A stretch of DNA of 64,000 bases from Candidatus Undivivens industriae (GCA_012514745.1 JAAYZR010000009.1:10045-74044); one strand, 5' to 3'. Shown: positions 19,820 to 29,241, counted from the first letter of the stretch. The notes: generated by a model from the letters alone, not told the origin. Numbers and translations: made by a program.

Positions 19820-20653
19820 ATGAGCGAGGCCGATAGCATCAAAAGAATGAAACTCTATCGTCATCCCGAAAGAATCTATAATGACCTTCGTTCCGCAGGG
19901 CTTAAAGAGAGCGGCCTGTTAAAGGAAAGGGATGTGTCATGTTTTGATCAGTACCATTATTTCGGGACAGATGCGCTTGATGAAGCCATAGATCTGCTTA
20001 AGATAGACTCTAAAAAAAGAATCATAGAGATCGGCTCCGGGATAGGAGGCTGCGCGCGATATCTGGCGGAGAAGACCGGTTGTCATCTAACGGCTGTCGA
20101 GATCCAGCCGGACCTGGACGCAATAGCGTCTTATTTGTCCTCGCGCTGTTCCCTCTCAGGGTTTATCCGCCACGTGTGCGCGGATATCCTGGATTTTCGA
20201 AAGGAAGGAGACGGTTATGATATAGCTGTAAGCTGGCTTTCTTTTTTGCATATCCCGGATCGTCAAGCTCTTCTTAAGAAATGTTATTCGCTCCTGAAAC
20301 CCGGAGGGCAGATCTTTATTGAGGATTATTACAAGCGTAATAAATTTACGAAAGAAGAGGCCGATGTACTGCGCGAAGACGTTTATTGCCCTTACCTGCC
20401 GGCATCCGAAGAATATAAAGAACAGCTTGCCGGGAACGGTTTTACGGATATCGAGATGTCCGATAAAACAGAATGCTGGAAGAATTTTGTGAAAGAGCGT
20501 ATGCGGCAATTCGGTGAGAGCCGTGACCGGCAGGTAAAGGTGCACGGTATCGACACAGTAAATGATCTGGAGGATTTCTATAAAAAAGTATCCCGGCTCT
20601 TCGAAGGTAATAACCTTGGCGGATTAAGAATCTCAGCTAAAAAACAGCCGTAA
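19820..20653 (+). CDS. SAM-dependent methyltransferase (sarcosine/dimethylglycine N-methyltransferase-like)
   Basis: DQYHYFG, EIGSGIGG, LKPGG. Confidence 0.75.
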   Translation: MSEADSIKRMKLYRHPERIYNDLRSAGLKESGLLKERDVSCFDQYHYFGTDALDEAIDLLKIDSKKRIIEIGSGIGGCARYLAEKTGCHLTAVEIQPDLDAIASYLSSRCSLSGFIRHVCADILDFRKEGDGYDIAVSWLSFLHIPDRQALLKKCYSLLKPGGQIFIEDYYKRNKFTKEEADVLREDVYCPYLPASEEYKEQLAGNGFTDIEMSDKTECWKNFVKERMRQFGESRDRQVKVHGIDTVNDLEDFYKKVSRLFEGNNLGGLRISAKKQP

Positions 20654-20675
20654 TTCCGGGGACACGTACTTATTT
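20652..20675 (+). repeat. Degenerate copy 3 of the GGGGACAC motif
   Basis: AATTCCGGGGACACGTACTTATTT overlapping the stop codon. Confidence 0.7.
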
Positions 20676-20742
20676 CACCTGTAACCTGTTTGTTTATCGC
20701 CCGGAGCCGATCGTCTGTTATGTAAGAAAAGGAGATATACGA

Positions 20743-21588
20743 ATGTTCCTTAAACGCGGTTTTACTCTAGGTTCACTGATTCTCGTTGTTATTCCGTTCT
20801 TCGTTTTCTCTCGTGTGCATGCGGAGAATACGCAAGGCATTGCTCAATCCGCCCTGGGGATAAGAGAACAACCCGAGATGAAAACGATCGGAATGATCGC
20901 AGGAGTAAGCTGGGTGTCGTCTATCGAATACTACCGTTTGATGAACGAAATAGCCGGGGCCAAGCTCGGCGGGCTTCATTCCGCAAAGATACTGATGTAT
21001 TCCGTTGAATTCGGTGATTTCTCAAAGCAGGAAAGGCTTGCAAAAGACGGGGACTGGGTTCCTTTAAGAAAAACGATGATAGACGCCGCGCAAAGACTTG
21101 AACGCGGCGGCGCGGATTTTATCATAATATGCTCCAATACGATGAACTCTACGGCAGATATCATCGAGCAGAACGTCAAAATACCGGTACTTAGTATCGT
21201 AGATGCCACCGGAGAGAAAGTGAAGTCCGCGGGAATAAAGACCGTCGCATTATTGGGCACCAGATACACTATGGAAGAGGATTTCTACGGCGGCCGCCTG
21301 GAAAAGAAATACGGGCTAAAAGTGGTGATTCCCAATAAAAGCGAGAGGGAATATATCAATAACGTTATTTTCGATGAATTATGCGCCGGTAAATTCTATA
21401 GCGAGTCAAAAAAGAGATATCTCAAGATCATTAACCGGCTCATAAAAGAAGAGGGCGTAGAGGGTGTGATATTGGGCTGCACCGAGATACCGTTGCTGAT
21501 TGAGCAGAAAGATGTCCGCGTGCCTGTTTTTGATACTACAGCCATACACTCCGAAGCGGCGGTGAATTTGGCGATAGGGGATAGATAA
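20743..21588 (+). CDS. Asp/Glu racemase family protein with N-terminal signal-like extension
   Basis: KTIGMIAGVSW, CSNT, LLGT, GCTE; AAGGAG RBS before the hydrophobic leader. Confidence 0.88.
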   Translation: MFLKRGFTLGSLILVVIPFFVFSRVHAENTQGIAQSALGIREQPEMKTIGMIAGVSWVSSIEYYRLMNEIAGAKLGGLHSAKILMYSVEFGDFSKQERLAKDGDWVPLRKTMIDAAQRLERGGADFIIICSNTMNSTADIIEQNVKIPVLSIVDATGEKVKSAGIKTVALLGTRYTMEEDFYGGRLEKKYGLKVVIPNKSEREYINNVIFDELCAGKFYSESKKRYLKIINRLIKEEGVEGVILGCTEIPLLIEQKDVRVPVFDTTAIHSEAAVNLAIGDR

Positions 21589-21685
21589 CGAGTGATGGGC
21601 GAGGCGCAGGGAAATCAGCTAAAAGGGCATGGGTTGGAGGCGATAGGGAGAACAGCCCGTGTTTCTACTCGATAAGGGGTTTACT

Positions 21686-22447
21686 ATGAAACAATGGTAT
21701 GAAGCATTATTCGAGAACTACGCGCGCAAATACGATAAAGAATGTTTTGTCCAGGGGACTGTGGGTGAGTGCGATTTTATCGAGGCTGAGGCCGGACAAG
21801 ATAAATCCATAAAGATCATTGATATCGGATGTGGTACCGGTCGCCACGCCATTGAGTTGGCGAAAAGAGGATATAAAGTGAGCGGCGTCGACCTTTCCGA
21901 GTCACAGCTTGCAAGGGCGCGGGAGAAAGCCAAAGAAGCAGGGGTGGCGATCGATTTTAAGAAGCATGATGCGCGGGCCCTTCCGTTTGAGGGCGAATTC
22001 GATCTGGCCATTATGCTATGCGAAGGCGGGTTTCCTCTTATGGAAACGGATGAAATGAATTTCGCGATCCTCAAGAGCGCGGCAAGAGCTTTAAACGTCC
22101 AGGGGAAGCTCATTTTTACCACATTGAACGGATTGTTCCCGTTGTTTCATTCGGTCAGTGAATTTTATAAGTCGGCGCAGAAAGAAGGCCAGTCACAGTG
22201 CAAAGAGTGCTCCTTTGACCTGATGACCTTCCGTGATCATAACACCGTTGTTTTTGAGGACGATTCCGGCAATAAAAGGGAGTTTAAGTGCAACGAGCGT
22301 TATTACATACCCAGTGAAATAACGGGGCTTTTAAAAACGCTCGGGTTTAAGAAAATAGACATTTTCGGCGCGAAGCTCGGGGCGTATTCAAGAAACGAAA
22401 AATTGACTACCGATGATTTCGAAATGCTTGTAGTCGCGGAGAAGTAA
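21686..22447 (+). CDS. Class I SAM-dependent methyltransferase
   Basis: DIGCGTGRH, GVDLS, DAR. Confidence 0.85.
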   Translation: MKQWYEALFENYARKYDKECFVQGTVGECDFIEAEAGQDKSIKIIDIGCGTGRHAIELAKRGYKVSGVDLSESQLARAREKAKEAGVAIDFKKHDARALPFEGEFDLAIMLCEGGFPLMETDEMNFAILKSAARALNVQGKLIFTTLNGLFPLFHSVSEFYKSAQKEGQSQCKECSFDLMTFRDHNTVVFEDDSGNKREFKCNERYYIPSEITGLLKTLGFKKIDIFGAKLGAYSRNEKLTTDDFEMLVVAEK

Positions 22448-22464
22448 GAATTTGATCTCTTCCC

Positions 22465-22612
22465 CCGGAAATCCCCGGGTTTTAGGCCGGGTGTACCTTA
22501 GCCAATCGGAGTAACACCCTGCCTTTGTGGGATAACACCTTGCCCTTATGGGGAATTGGGCAAGTGTTCCCTTGTGGGAAAGTATACATCGCTGTGTTAT
22601 ACCTTAGCCAAG
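22465..22612 (+). repeat. Palindromic MITE/REP-like element
   Basis: GAAATCCCCGG hairpin head, two TACCTTAGCCAA motifs, core shared with 15343-15451. Confidence 0.8.
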
Positions 22613-22626
22613 TTGAATACTCATCA

Positions 22627-22728
22627 AGTTACCATACAATACTTGAAATTCTATCAATCGTATGGTAACTTTTTATTTGACATCAGTTACCATACAAGAT
22701 ATGCTATTTAGTAGTTTGTATGGTAACT
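22627..22728 (+). promoter_or_regulatory. Promoter with two inverted-repeat operators
   Basis: AGTTACCATAC-N22-GTATGGTAACT at 22627-22670 and 22685-22728; TTGACA(22677)-N17-TATGCT(22700). Confidence 0.8.
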
Positions 22729-22752
22729 ATTTAACCTTACGGAGAGTTTGAC

Positions 22753-23070
22753 ATGGGAGTGATAAAGGGAGTGCTTAAAGAAGAATTCGAGAATTCTCTG
22801 CGCATGAAGGGTGGATACGAGCGCGAATTGGCAAAATTGCCCAAAGGTAGCCTCATTAAAAAAAAGGTTAAAGGCCATGAGTATTATTATCTTCTATTGC
22901 GGCAGAAGGGAAAGGTAAAATTTATCTATAAGGGCAAGGTTTCCGAAGAAGAGATAAAGAAATATCAAGAAGCGAAAGAATACAGGGCTAAGTATCGAAA
23001 GCTATTATCTCAAGTGAAAAAACAAATCAGGTTTTTACGGAGCGCTCTTCGTGGAAAAGAATCAGTATAA
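22753..23070 (+). CDS. Small basic protein, putative antitoxin/regulator
   Basis: LPKGSL..K..KGHEYYYL..R..GKV..Y.G motif; overlaps downstream gene. Confidence 0.65.
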   Translation: MGVIKGVLKEEFENSLRMKGGYERELAKLPKGSLIKKKVKGHEYYYLLLRQKGKVKFIYKGKVSEEEIKKYQEAKEYRAKYRKLLSQVKKQIRFLRSALRGKESV

Positions 23071-23737
23071 ATTGTGTCTTGAAGTATTGAAGAGATTAGA
23101 AGAATCCGGCATTCTCAGGGATGTCGTTCTTATAGGCAGTTGGTGTATTTCTTTTTACAAAGATTATTTTGGAAGCGTGCAGTATCCCACTGCAATCAAG
23201 ACCCGAGACGTCGACTTTTTAGTTCCGATACCATCGAAAGCGAAGAAAAAGGTAGATATTCCTAACCTGTTAAAAGATTTAGGATTTATTGTTAATTTTA
23301 AGGGATCAGAAGGATATATCCAGTTAGAACACTCAGATCTTATTATCGAGTTTTTGGTTCCTGAAAAGGGCCGCAGTTCAGATAAACCATACCAATTGCC
23401 ACAATTCGGCCTTAATGCCCAACCTCTGCGGTTTCTGGATTTGTTAATACTGGATATAATAAAGGTAAAGATAGAGGGTATTGAAATTAATCTTCCTCAT
23501 CCCGCTAATTTCGCCTTACATAAATTAATCATCTTTCAAAGGCGCACTAAAGAGGAGAAAGTAAGCAAGGACAGAAATGCTGCCGTAGAAATTCTTATGG
23601 CTTTGATAGCGAAGGGTGAGGCGGCGACCATCAAGCGTGTTTATAATACTATGATTCCGAGATGGCAGAAGAAAGTTATCAAAGGATTAGAAGAGGTAAA
23701 AGAAAAGGAGATTTTAAAAATTTTCATGGGAATATGA
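23051..23737 (+). CDS. Nucleotidyltransferase-fold protein (GSU2403-like), putative toxin
   Basis: LIGSW, TRDVDF, FALHKL motifs. Confidence 0.7.
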   Translation: MEKNQYKLCLEVLKRLEESGILRDVVLIGSWCISFYKDYFGSVQYPTAIKTRDVDFLVPIPSKAKKKVDIPNLLKDLGFIVNFKGSEGYIQLEHSDLIIEFLVPEKGRSSDKPYQLPQFGLNAQPLRFLDLLILDIIKVKIEGIEINLPHPANFALHKLIIFQRRTKEEKVSKDRNAAVEILMALIAKGEAATIKRVYNTMIPRWQKKVIKGLEEVKEKEILKIFMGI

Positions 23738-23801
23738 TATATGTGAGCGGGCCGGAAGATAACGACGCGAATTAATTTTAAAGTAAGGCTGTTCAATACC
23801 G

Positions 23802-23870
23802 ATGACAAATAAGAGCGATACACAAAAAAGAGTATTTTCACGACCTACGGCTGGCCGGTGGCAGAGTTAT
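23802..23870 (+). pseudogene. Degenerate 5' fragment of miaB (scar A)
   Basis: MTNKSDTQKRVF(frameshift)TTYGWP resembles MiaB RVYIRTFGC; shares ACCTACGGCTG with scar B. Confidence 0.55.
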
Positions 23871-23919
23871 AGTAATGCCATGAGGAGCTTGGCTGAAGCG
23901 GTGGTTGGGGAATAAAAAC

Positions 23920-24711
23920 ATGATTATGAAAAGATTCATTCTGATTATTGGGTTTTTGCTTATAAGCGCAGTTTCGTTTGCTCAAGAGATCGACAAGTCT
24001 CTTTTGCAAGGGTATGACGCGGCTCTGGTGATCTATAACCGGGCTAACGGAGAGACAGTCAACATCGATTCCGCGCGTAGTGGCCAGCGCCTTGCGCCAT
24101 GCTCGACATTCAAGATTTACAATACCCTAATCGGGCTTGAGCTGGGGCTCATCAAGGAGGCTGGCGAGCCGTGGTATAAATGGGATGGGGTGAAGCGTGA
24201 TATAGAAGGGTGGAATCAGGATCTAACACTGCGTGAGGCGTTTAAAGTGTCGGCCGTGCCAGCATATCAGATCTTGGCGCGGGAAATTGGCGAAGCCCGG
24301 ATGAAGGAGTATATTGAAAAAATCGCGTATGGTTCACAGGATATCTCGGCCGGGATTGATATCTTCTGGCTTCCGCGTCCGGATACTACATCCATCAAGA
24401 TCAGCGCGTATGAGCAAGTTGTTCTTTTAAACAAGCTTTTGGACGGCCAACTTCCGTTTGCTGAAAAGAATATCGCGATCTTGCGCGATATCATGCAGGC
24501 AGAGAAGACCGACAAAGGCACGCTTTACGGCAAGACCGGCTCCGGAACAGAGCCGGATGGTAAATGGAACTTGGGCTGGTTTGTGGGTTTCTTGGAGCAT
24601 GACGGCATGACCTACGTATTTGCCTGCAATATTACCGGAGGCGAGAATCCATCGGGCAAGACTGCCAGGACGATCATAGAGAACATCTTTAAGTCGCAGA
24701 ACCTGTTGTAA
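23920..24711 (+). CDS. Class D beta-lactamase (OXA-like)
   Basis: STFK, SAV, YGS, FWL, KTG motifs; N-terminal signal peptide. Confidence 0.88.
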   Translation: MIMKRFILIIGFLLISAVSFAQEIDKSLLQGYDAALVIYNRANGETVNIDSARSGQRLAPCSTFKIYNTLIGLELGLIKEAGEPWYKWDGVKRDIEGWNQDLTLREAFKVSAVPAYQILAREIGEARMKEYIEKIAYGSQDISAGIDIFWLPRPDTTSIKISAYEQVVLLNKLLDGQLPFAEKNIAILRDIMQAEKTDKGTLYGKTGSGTEPDGKWNLGWFVGFLEHDGMTYVFACNITGGENPSGKTARTIIENIFKSQNLL

Positions 24712-24988
24712 TAATCCGCCATCCCTATGATCGTATTGAGAAGCTCGGTCAGAGGGATTTTTTATGCGGCGATTTTTAGTATTCTGCGGGCACCCGGGAG
24801 GGTCAGAAAAAGGCTGGCCGGAAAGTCCGTGGTTTGGATTCCTTTAGCCAAAGCCACATTTTGATGGACATGGATGGACACGTAAATGTCCACTAAATCG
24901 AAATGTCTCATAAATAGTGGACATTTCCGACCAGTGAACATTTTGGGGGCGAATTATGACACTGGAACTTAGAAATAGCTTTACTTTG

Positions 24989-25018
24989 TGTCAGAAGTGC
25001 GATATATTATTTCTGACA
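24989..25018 (+). promoter_or_regulatory. Inverted-repeat operator upstream of DUF6088 gene
   Basis: TGTCAGAA-N14-TTCTGACA; a second IR AAATGTCCACTA/TAGTGGACATTT lies at 24884-24926. Confidence 0.6.
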
Positions 25019-25034
25019 TTAAAAAGAGATATAT

Positions 25035-25634
25035 ATGACTGAATCTATTGAGAGCAAGATTTTTCGTCGGATTATCGGCAAGAAAAAGGGATGGGTGTTT
25101 GCCCCAAGTCATTTTCTTGATCTTGGCAATCGTGCGGCTATTGATCAGGCGTTGAGCCGGTTAGTTCGATCTGGTGACATTCGCCGGTTAGCGCGTGGGC
25201 TTTATGATTATCCACGGAAGCATCCGGATTTTGGAGAAATGCCGCCAAACGTTAATCGTATAACTGCTGCGCTTGCCGAAAAAGATAATCTTAAGATTCA
25301 ACCGTCTGGAGCATATGCGGCTAACTTACTGGGGTTGTCGGATCAAGTCCCGGCAAAGATTGTTTTATTAACAGACGGCTCTACCCGGGTGGTTCAGGTT
25401 GGTAACTGGCACATTATGTTTAGGAAGACATCGCCAAAAAATATGGCGACTGCCGGGCGCGTGAGCGGCTTGGTTATTCAGGCTCTACGGTACATGAAAC
25501 AAAGAAATATCGACGATAAAGTAATTAATTCGCTTAAAAGAAGATTATCGGCCGAAGATAAAAAACAGCTTATCAACGATATCCGTTATGCCCCGGCTTG
25601 GATAGGTGAAATATTTAAACAGATCAATTCGTAG
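25035..25634 (+). CDS. DUF6088 / AbiEi-like antitoxin-regulator
   Basis: DQALSRL...IRRLARGLYDYP, AANLLGLSDQVP, LTDG, PAW. Confidence 0.8.
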   Translation: MTESIESKIFRRIIGKKKGWVFAPSHFLDLGNRAAIDQALSRLVRSGDIRRLARGLYDYPRKHPDFGEMPPNVNRITAALAEKDNLKIQPSGAYAANLLGLSDQVPAKIVLLTDGSTRVVQVGNWHIMFRKTSPKNMATAGRVSGLVIQALRYMKQRNIDDKVINSLKRRLSAEDKKQLINDIRYAPAWIGEIFKQINS

Positions 25635-25673
25635 CAGTTTCTTGGCTTTAAAGCCAGTAAGGATGGAGGCCAT

Positions 25674-26414
25674 ATGAAAGAGATTTCGAGTAAGGTTGAT
25701 GAGGCGCAGGCAAGAATAAACGCATTGCGCCCCTTTAGCAATGAAATGAATCACCAGATAAAGGAATATTTTCGTATTGGGCTTACCTATTCAAGCAACG
25801 CGCTTGAGGGGAACTCTCTGACTATATCGGAAACAAAAGTGGTCATCGAGGATGGGCTTACCATTGCCGGAAAGCCGCTTAGAGATCATTACGAGGCCAC
25901 CGGGCACAGTGACGCGTTCGATTACATGTATGCGCTTGCTACCGGGAAGACAATAACAGAAGAAGACATCAAGAAGTTGCACGCGCTCTTTTATCACCGC
26001 ATCAAGGAAGAAGATGCCGGTGTATATCGGAAGGTGCAGGCTATTATTACGGGTTCCCAATACCCTTTGCCAACACCAGACGCGCTTCCCGGGATGATGC
26101 AGAAACTTATTAAGGATTTGCCCCGTTTGAAGAAAGATACTCATCCTGTTGTCTATGCCGCCAAGCTTCATAAAGAGTTTGTGTTTATTCATCCGTTTGT
26201 TGACGGCAATGGACGAGTCGCCAGACTTTTAATGAACGTGGCTCTTATGCAGGCAGGATATATTATTGCGATCATTCCGCCGCTCAAGCGCTCTGAATAC
26301 ATCAGCGCTCTTGAAAAAGCGCATAAAAATGATACGGATTTTATTAAGCTGATCGCGTCATGCGTCTATGAGACACAGAATGATCTCCTGCGCATGGCTA
26401 ATGGAAAGAGCTAA
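25674..26414 (+). CDS. Fic family protein
   Basis: HPFVDGNGRVAR; SNALEGN inhibitory-like motif. Confidence 0.92.
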   Translation: MKEISSKVDEAQARINALRPFSNEMNHQIKEYFRIGLTYSSNALEGNSLTISETKVVIEDGLTIAGKPLRDHYEATGHSDAFDYMYALATGKTITEEDIKKLHALFYHRIKEEDAGVYRKVQAIITGSQYPLPTPDALPGMMQKLIKDLPRLKKDTHPVVYAAKLHKEFVFIHPFVDGNGRVARLLMNVALMQAGYIIAIIPPLKRSEYISALEKAHKNDTDFIKLIASCVYETQNDLLRMANGKS

Positions 26415-26415
26415 T

Positions 26416-26655
26416 ATGATTCTTGTTCTCGCAGGGAATAAAGGTGAATTCAACGAATTCTTAAAAAGGCATACGCCTAAAAGCATTTTTCGTTTTGTAA
26501 CCGGTGAGGACGATTATGAAGGACAGAAGAATTGCGATTTGGTTCTTGTTGGTTCCTACGAAGATAATCCCTTGTGGAGAAAAGTTGAACTGAGAGGCAA
26601 GATGCATGACTATTGTCGAGAGCACGCGATAGATATTATTGAGAGACGAAATTAG
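26416..26655 (+). CDS. Hypothetical protein
   Basis: ATG 2 nt after the Fic stop, 79 aa. Confidence 0.5.
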   Translation: MILVLAGNKGEFNEFLKRHTPKSIFRFVTGEDDYEGQKNCDLVLVGSYEDNPLWRKVELRGKMHDYCREHAIDIIERRN

Positions 26656-26658
26656 GCT

Positions 26659-26793
26659 ATGACCAAAAAATGCAAGAAATGCAAAGTGCCGCTGGAAGGA
26701 TTTTTGTACCGGCTGATCGCGAAAACGCTGTTCGGCGTGCGTCCGTCGGCCAAGGATCCAGAGCTGTGTAATAAGTGCGAAGACAAGAAATAA
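26659..26793 (+). CDS. 44-aa CxxC...CxxC zinc-binding microprotein
   Basis: MTKKCKKCKVPLEG...RPSAKDPELCNKCEDKK, below the ORF-track cutoff. Confidence 0.6.
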   Translation: MTKKCKKCKVPLEGFLYRLIAKTLFGVRPSAKDPELCNKCEDKK

Positions 26794-26896
26794 AAGGTTT
26801 CAGGCGGTGCCGCCAGCAGGGCATTGTGACCACCAGGAATGACTATGCAATACTTGGAATGGAATGAGTTGATTTCTAAGCAATTATTTAATCAAA

Positions 26897-26972
26897 CCGC
26901 AGAAATCCCCGGCTTTCAAGCCGGGATAAATGCGGAGTAGATTACCCCAGACTTCAAGCCCGGGGAGTTTCA
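26897..26972. mobile_element. IS200/IS605-type end hairpin remnant (non-autonomous)
   Basis: GAAATCCCCGGCTTTCAAGCCGGG and CCCCAGACTTCAAGCCCGGGGAG hairpins; no transposase. Confidence 0.5.
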
Positions 26973-27071
26973 TTAACTGATAAGCTAATATGAAAGGGAG
27001 TGTCTATGGACGATTTTAAAAAGGCTTTGATTTATTATAAAATCCCGAGACGTTGAAATTTTTATAACACT

Positions 27072-27179
27072 ATGATTAGTAAAGAGATATCAAAAAAGAA
27101 GATTTTTTTGCGCACCTACGGCTGCAAGATGGACAAGTTGTTACAAACCGATTTTACAATTCTTGGCAGCAGTGCATAA
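27072..27179 (+). pseudogene. 5' fragment of miaB (scar B)
   Basis: MISKEISKKKIFLRTYGCKMD then diverges; compare intact MiaB RVYIRTFGCQMN. Confidence 0.75.
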
Positions 27180-27300
27180 TAAGAATTAATCCATTGATTT
27201 GTATAGAGTTACGGAAAGAGTCGTAAGAAAACCGAACGTAAGTGAAAAACGAGGTAGTGTGCAGAGACAGCGATTTGTACATAGTTAAGGAGGTTGAGGT

Positions 27301-29241
27301 ATGGATAATACAAGGGCATTGGTCAATTTCGCTATCTTAAATGCCAATAGAAGAATAGGGCAGAATTATTTAGATAGTTTAGCACCATTTGTTGAGGAGT
27401 TGTTTATAAGACGTGGTTATGAAGAAGTTAATATTGATCGTATTTGTCAGGATTTTTACAGCGAATTTCTGTTTAAAATTCCAATTTATCCAATGAAAGT
27501 AGTTTTGAAACGATTAGTTAGGGCAGGCAAAATAATTTATTGTCAGGGTGACGTCTGGAAGAAAAAAAATATTCTCGAAAAGCCGATACGCACTACCCGA
27601 AATGAATATGAAACCAAGTTTAAGAAAGTTCTGCAAGCATTTGTCGAATTCATGAAACACGATTGTAATGAGGATATTAAAGAGCAAGAGGCTAGTGATG
27701 CCCTCATAGCTTTCCTAGAGAAACAAGATGCAAATTTGCTTTTTTTCGCGAAGAAAGATCTGATATTATTCCCAGCGGTGAAATTTGAAAGAAAAAACAT
27801 CAAGTGTTTAGCTGCCTTTTTGCAGAAAGAATCTATCGCCAATACCGAAGTTTTTCAATACGTCGTTGAGATAGCCTCAGGTCATATTGTAGCTTCGACT
27901 ATCATTAATGAAGAAAAGCAATTGCACGAAGAGAAAGTACAGAAGGTTAAAATATATTGCGATACAGCACATATATTGAAAGTTCTAGGATTGTCTGGTG
28001 AAATTCCACAAAGAATGGTTGAGGATCTTTTTCGCGTGTTTATTGAATCTAGAAGTCAGTTAATATTATTTAAGCATACATATGACGAGATTCTGCATAA
28101 TATTAATAATGCAAAGAAATGGTTTAATAAGCCTGATTGCGATATGACAAAAGCTTCAAGAACAACCTTGTATTTTATTGAAAATAATTTTACCGAATTA
28201 GATGTTGATAGGGTTTTAAATAGCATCGATGCTCAGATAAGTAAGTTTGGCATTCAAATTGAAGATACTTCTTATGAGCGAGATGCAGATGAAGGGCAGG
28301 TTAATGAAAACGAGTTAAGAGATCGTATTATAAAAGAATATAGAGCAAGTAATATAGATTTTGACGAGACTATAAACAAATTTTTATTAGATAATGATAT
28401 CCGTTCTATTGTTATGGTATACAGAAAAGTGCGCCGAGCATTTCCCCAGCGGTTTAAAGATTTAAAAATTGTATTTATGTGCTCAAATAGTTCTCTTGCT
28501 AAAGCATGCAGGAAATATCATTTAGAAATCGAAGAGCCTGGGAGAGGGAATTTTATCCCAATCTGCGTTACTGACATTTTTCTAGGAACATATATGTGGC
28601 TTCAATCGCCGCAAGAAATTAATAAATTAGCCAAAAGTAAAATCATTGCTGAGGTTTACGCTGTACTACAACCTACGGATTCAATGATCAGAAAATATTT
28701 ATCCGAACTGCAGAAATATTATAAAAGTAAAGAAATAACTGAGGACGAATACCTGCTTTTGCGAGCATCTTCCGTTATATCCGAGTTATTACCAGAAACT
28801 GCTGATACGGTAGAACAGATCACAGATAAAACACCAATGGATGTTTTGGAAAAGATAAAAAGTCAATCGCGAGAAGAGGGATTAAGGAAATACTATGAAG
28901 AAAAAGAAGAGCATAGAAAAGCAAGGGAAGAACTTGAAAGAGAACGGGAAGACAGAATAAACCGTAAATTAACAAAGAAAAAGGGACTCGAAGATTTTAT
29001 TTCTCCCGTTTTTGATTTGATGATTTTACTGATCATTTTTCTCATTATATTCTCGGCAACGTTTCTTTTTAATTTCAATAATTTTGGTTTAAAAATTATC
29101 GCGGCAATGTTTTTAGGATTTATTGGTTCAGGAAGTTTTTGGGGACTAGCGAGAGGGCATATTTTTTATGAACAACGAAAGAAAAAACTTATTATTCCTT
29201 TCATTGACTGGCTATTTAATAAAATCTGGAACGATTTATAA
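27301..29241 (+). CDS. AT-rich hypothetical protein with PIN-like motif, coiled coil and C-terminal TM helices
   Basis: IYCDT..ILKVLGL, DNDIRS acidic motifs; hydrophobic C-terminus; AGGAGG RBS. Confidence 0.6.
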   Translation: MDNTRALVNFAILNANRRIGQNYLDSLAPFVEELFIRRGYEEVNIDRICQDFYSEFLFKIPIYPMKVVLKRLVRAGKIIYCQGDVWKKKNILEKPIRTTRNEYETKFKKVLQAFVEFMKHDCNEDIKEQEASDALIAFLEKQDANLLFFAKKDLILFPAVKFERKNIKCLAAFLQKESIANTEVFQYVVEIASGHIVASTIINEEKQLHEEKVQKVKIYCDTAHILKVLGLSGEIPQRMVEDLFRVFIESRSQLILFKHTYDEILHNINNAKKWFNKPDCDMTKASRTTLYFIENNFTELDVDRVLNSIDAQISKFGIQIEDTSYERDADEGQVNENELRDRIIKEYRASNIDFDETINKFLLDNDIRSIVMVYRKVRRAFPQRFKDLKIVFMCSNSSLAKACRKYHLEIEEPGRGNFIPICVTDIFLGTYMWLQSPQEINKLAKSKIIAEVYAVLQPTDSMIRKYLSELQKYYKSKEITEDEYLLLRASSVISELLPETADTVEQITDKTPMDVLEKIKSQSREEGLRKYYEEKEEHRKAREELEREREDRINRKLTKKKGLEDFISPVFDLMILLIIFLIIFSATFLFNFNNFGLKIIAAMFLGFIGSGSFWGLARGHIFYEQRKKKLIIPFIDWLFNKIWNDL

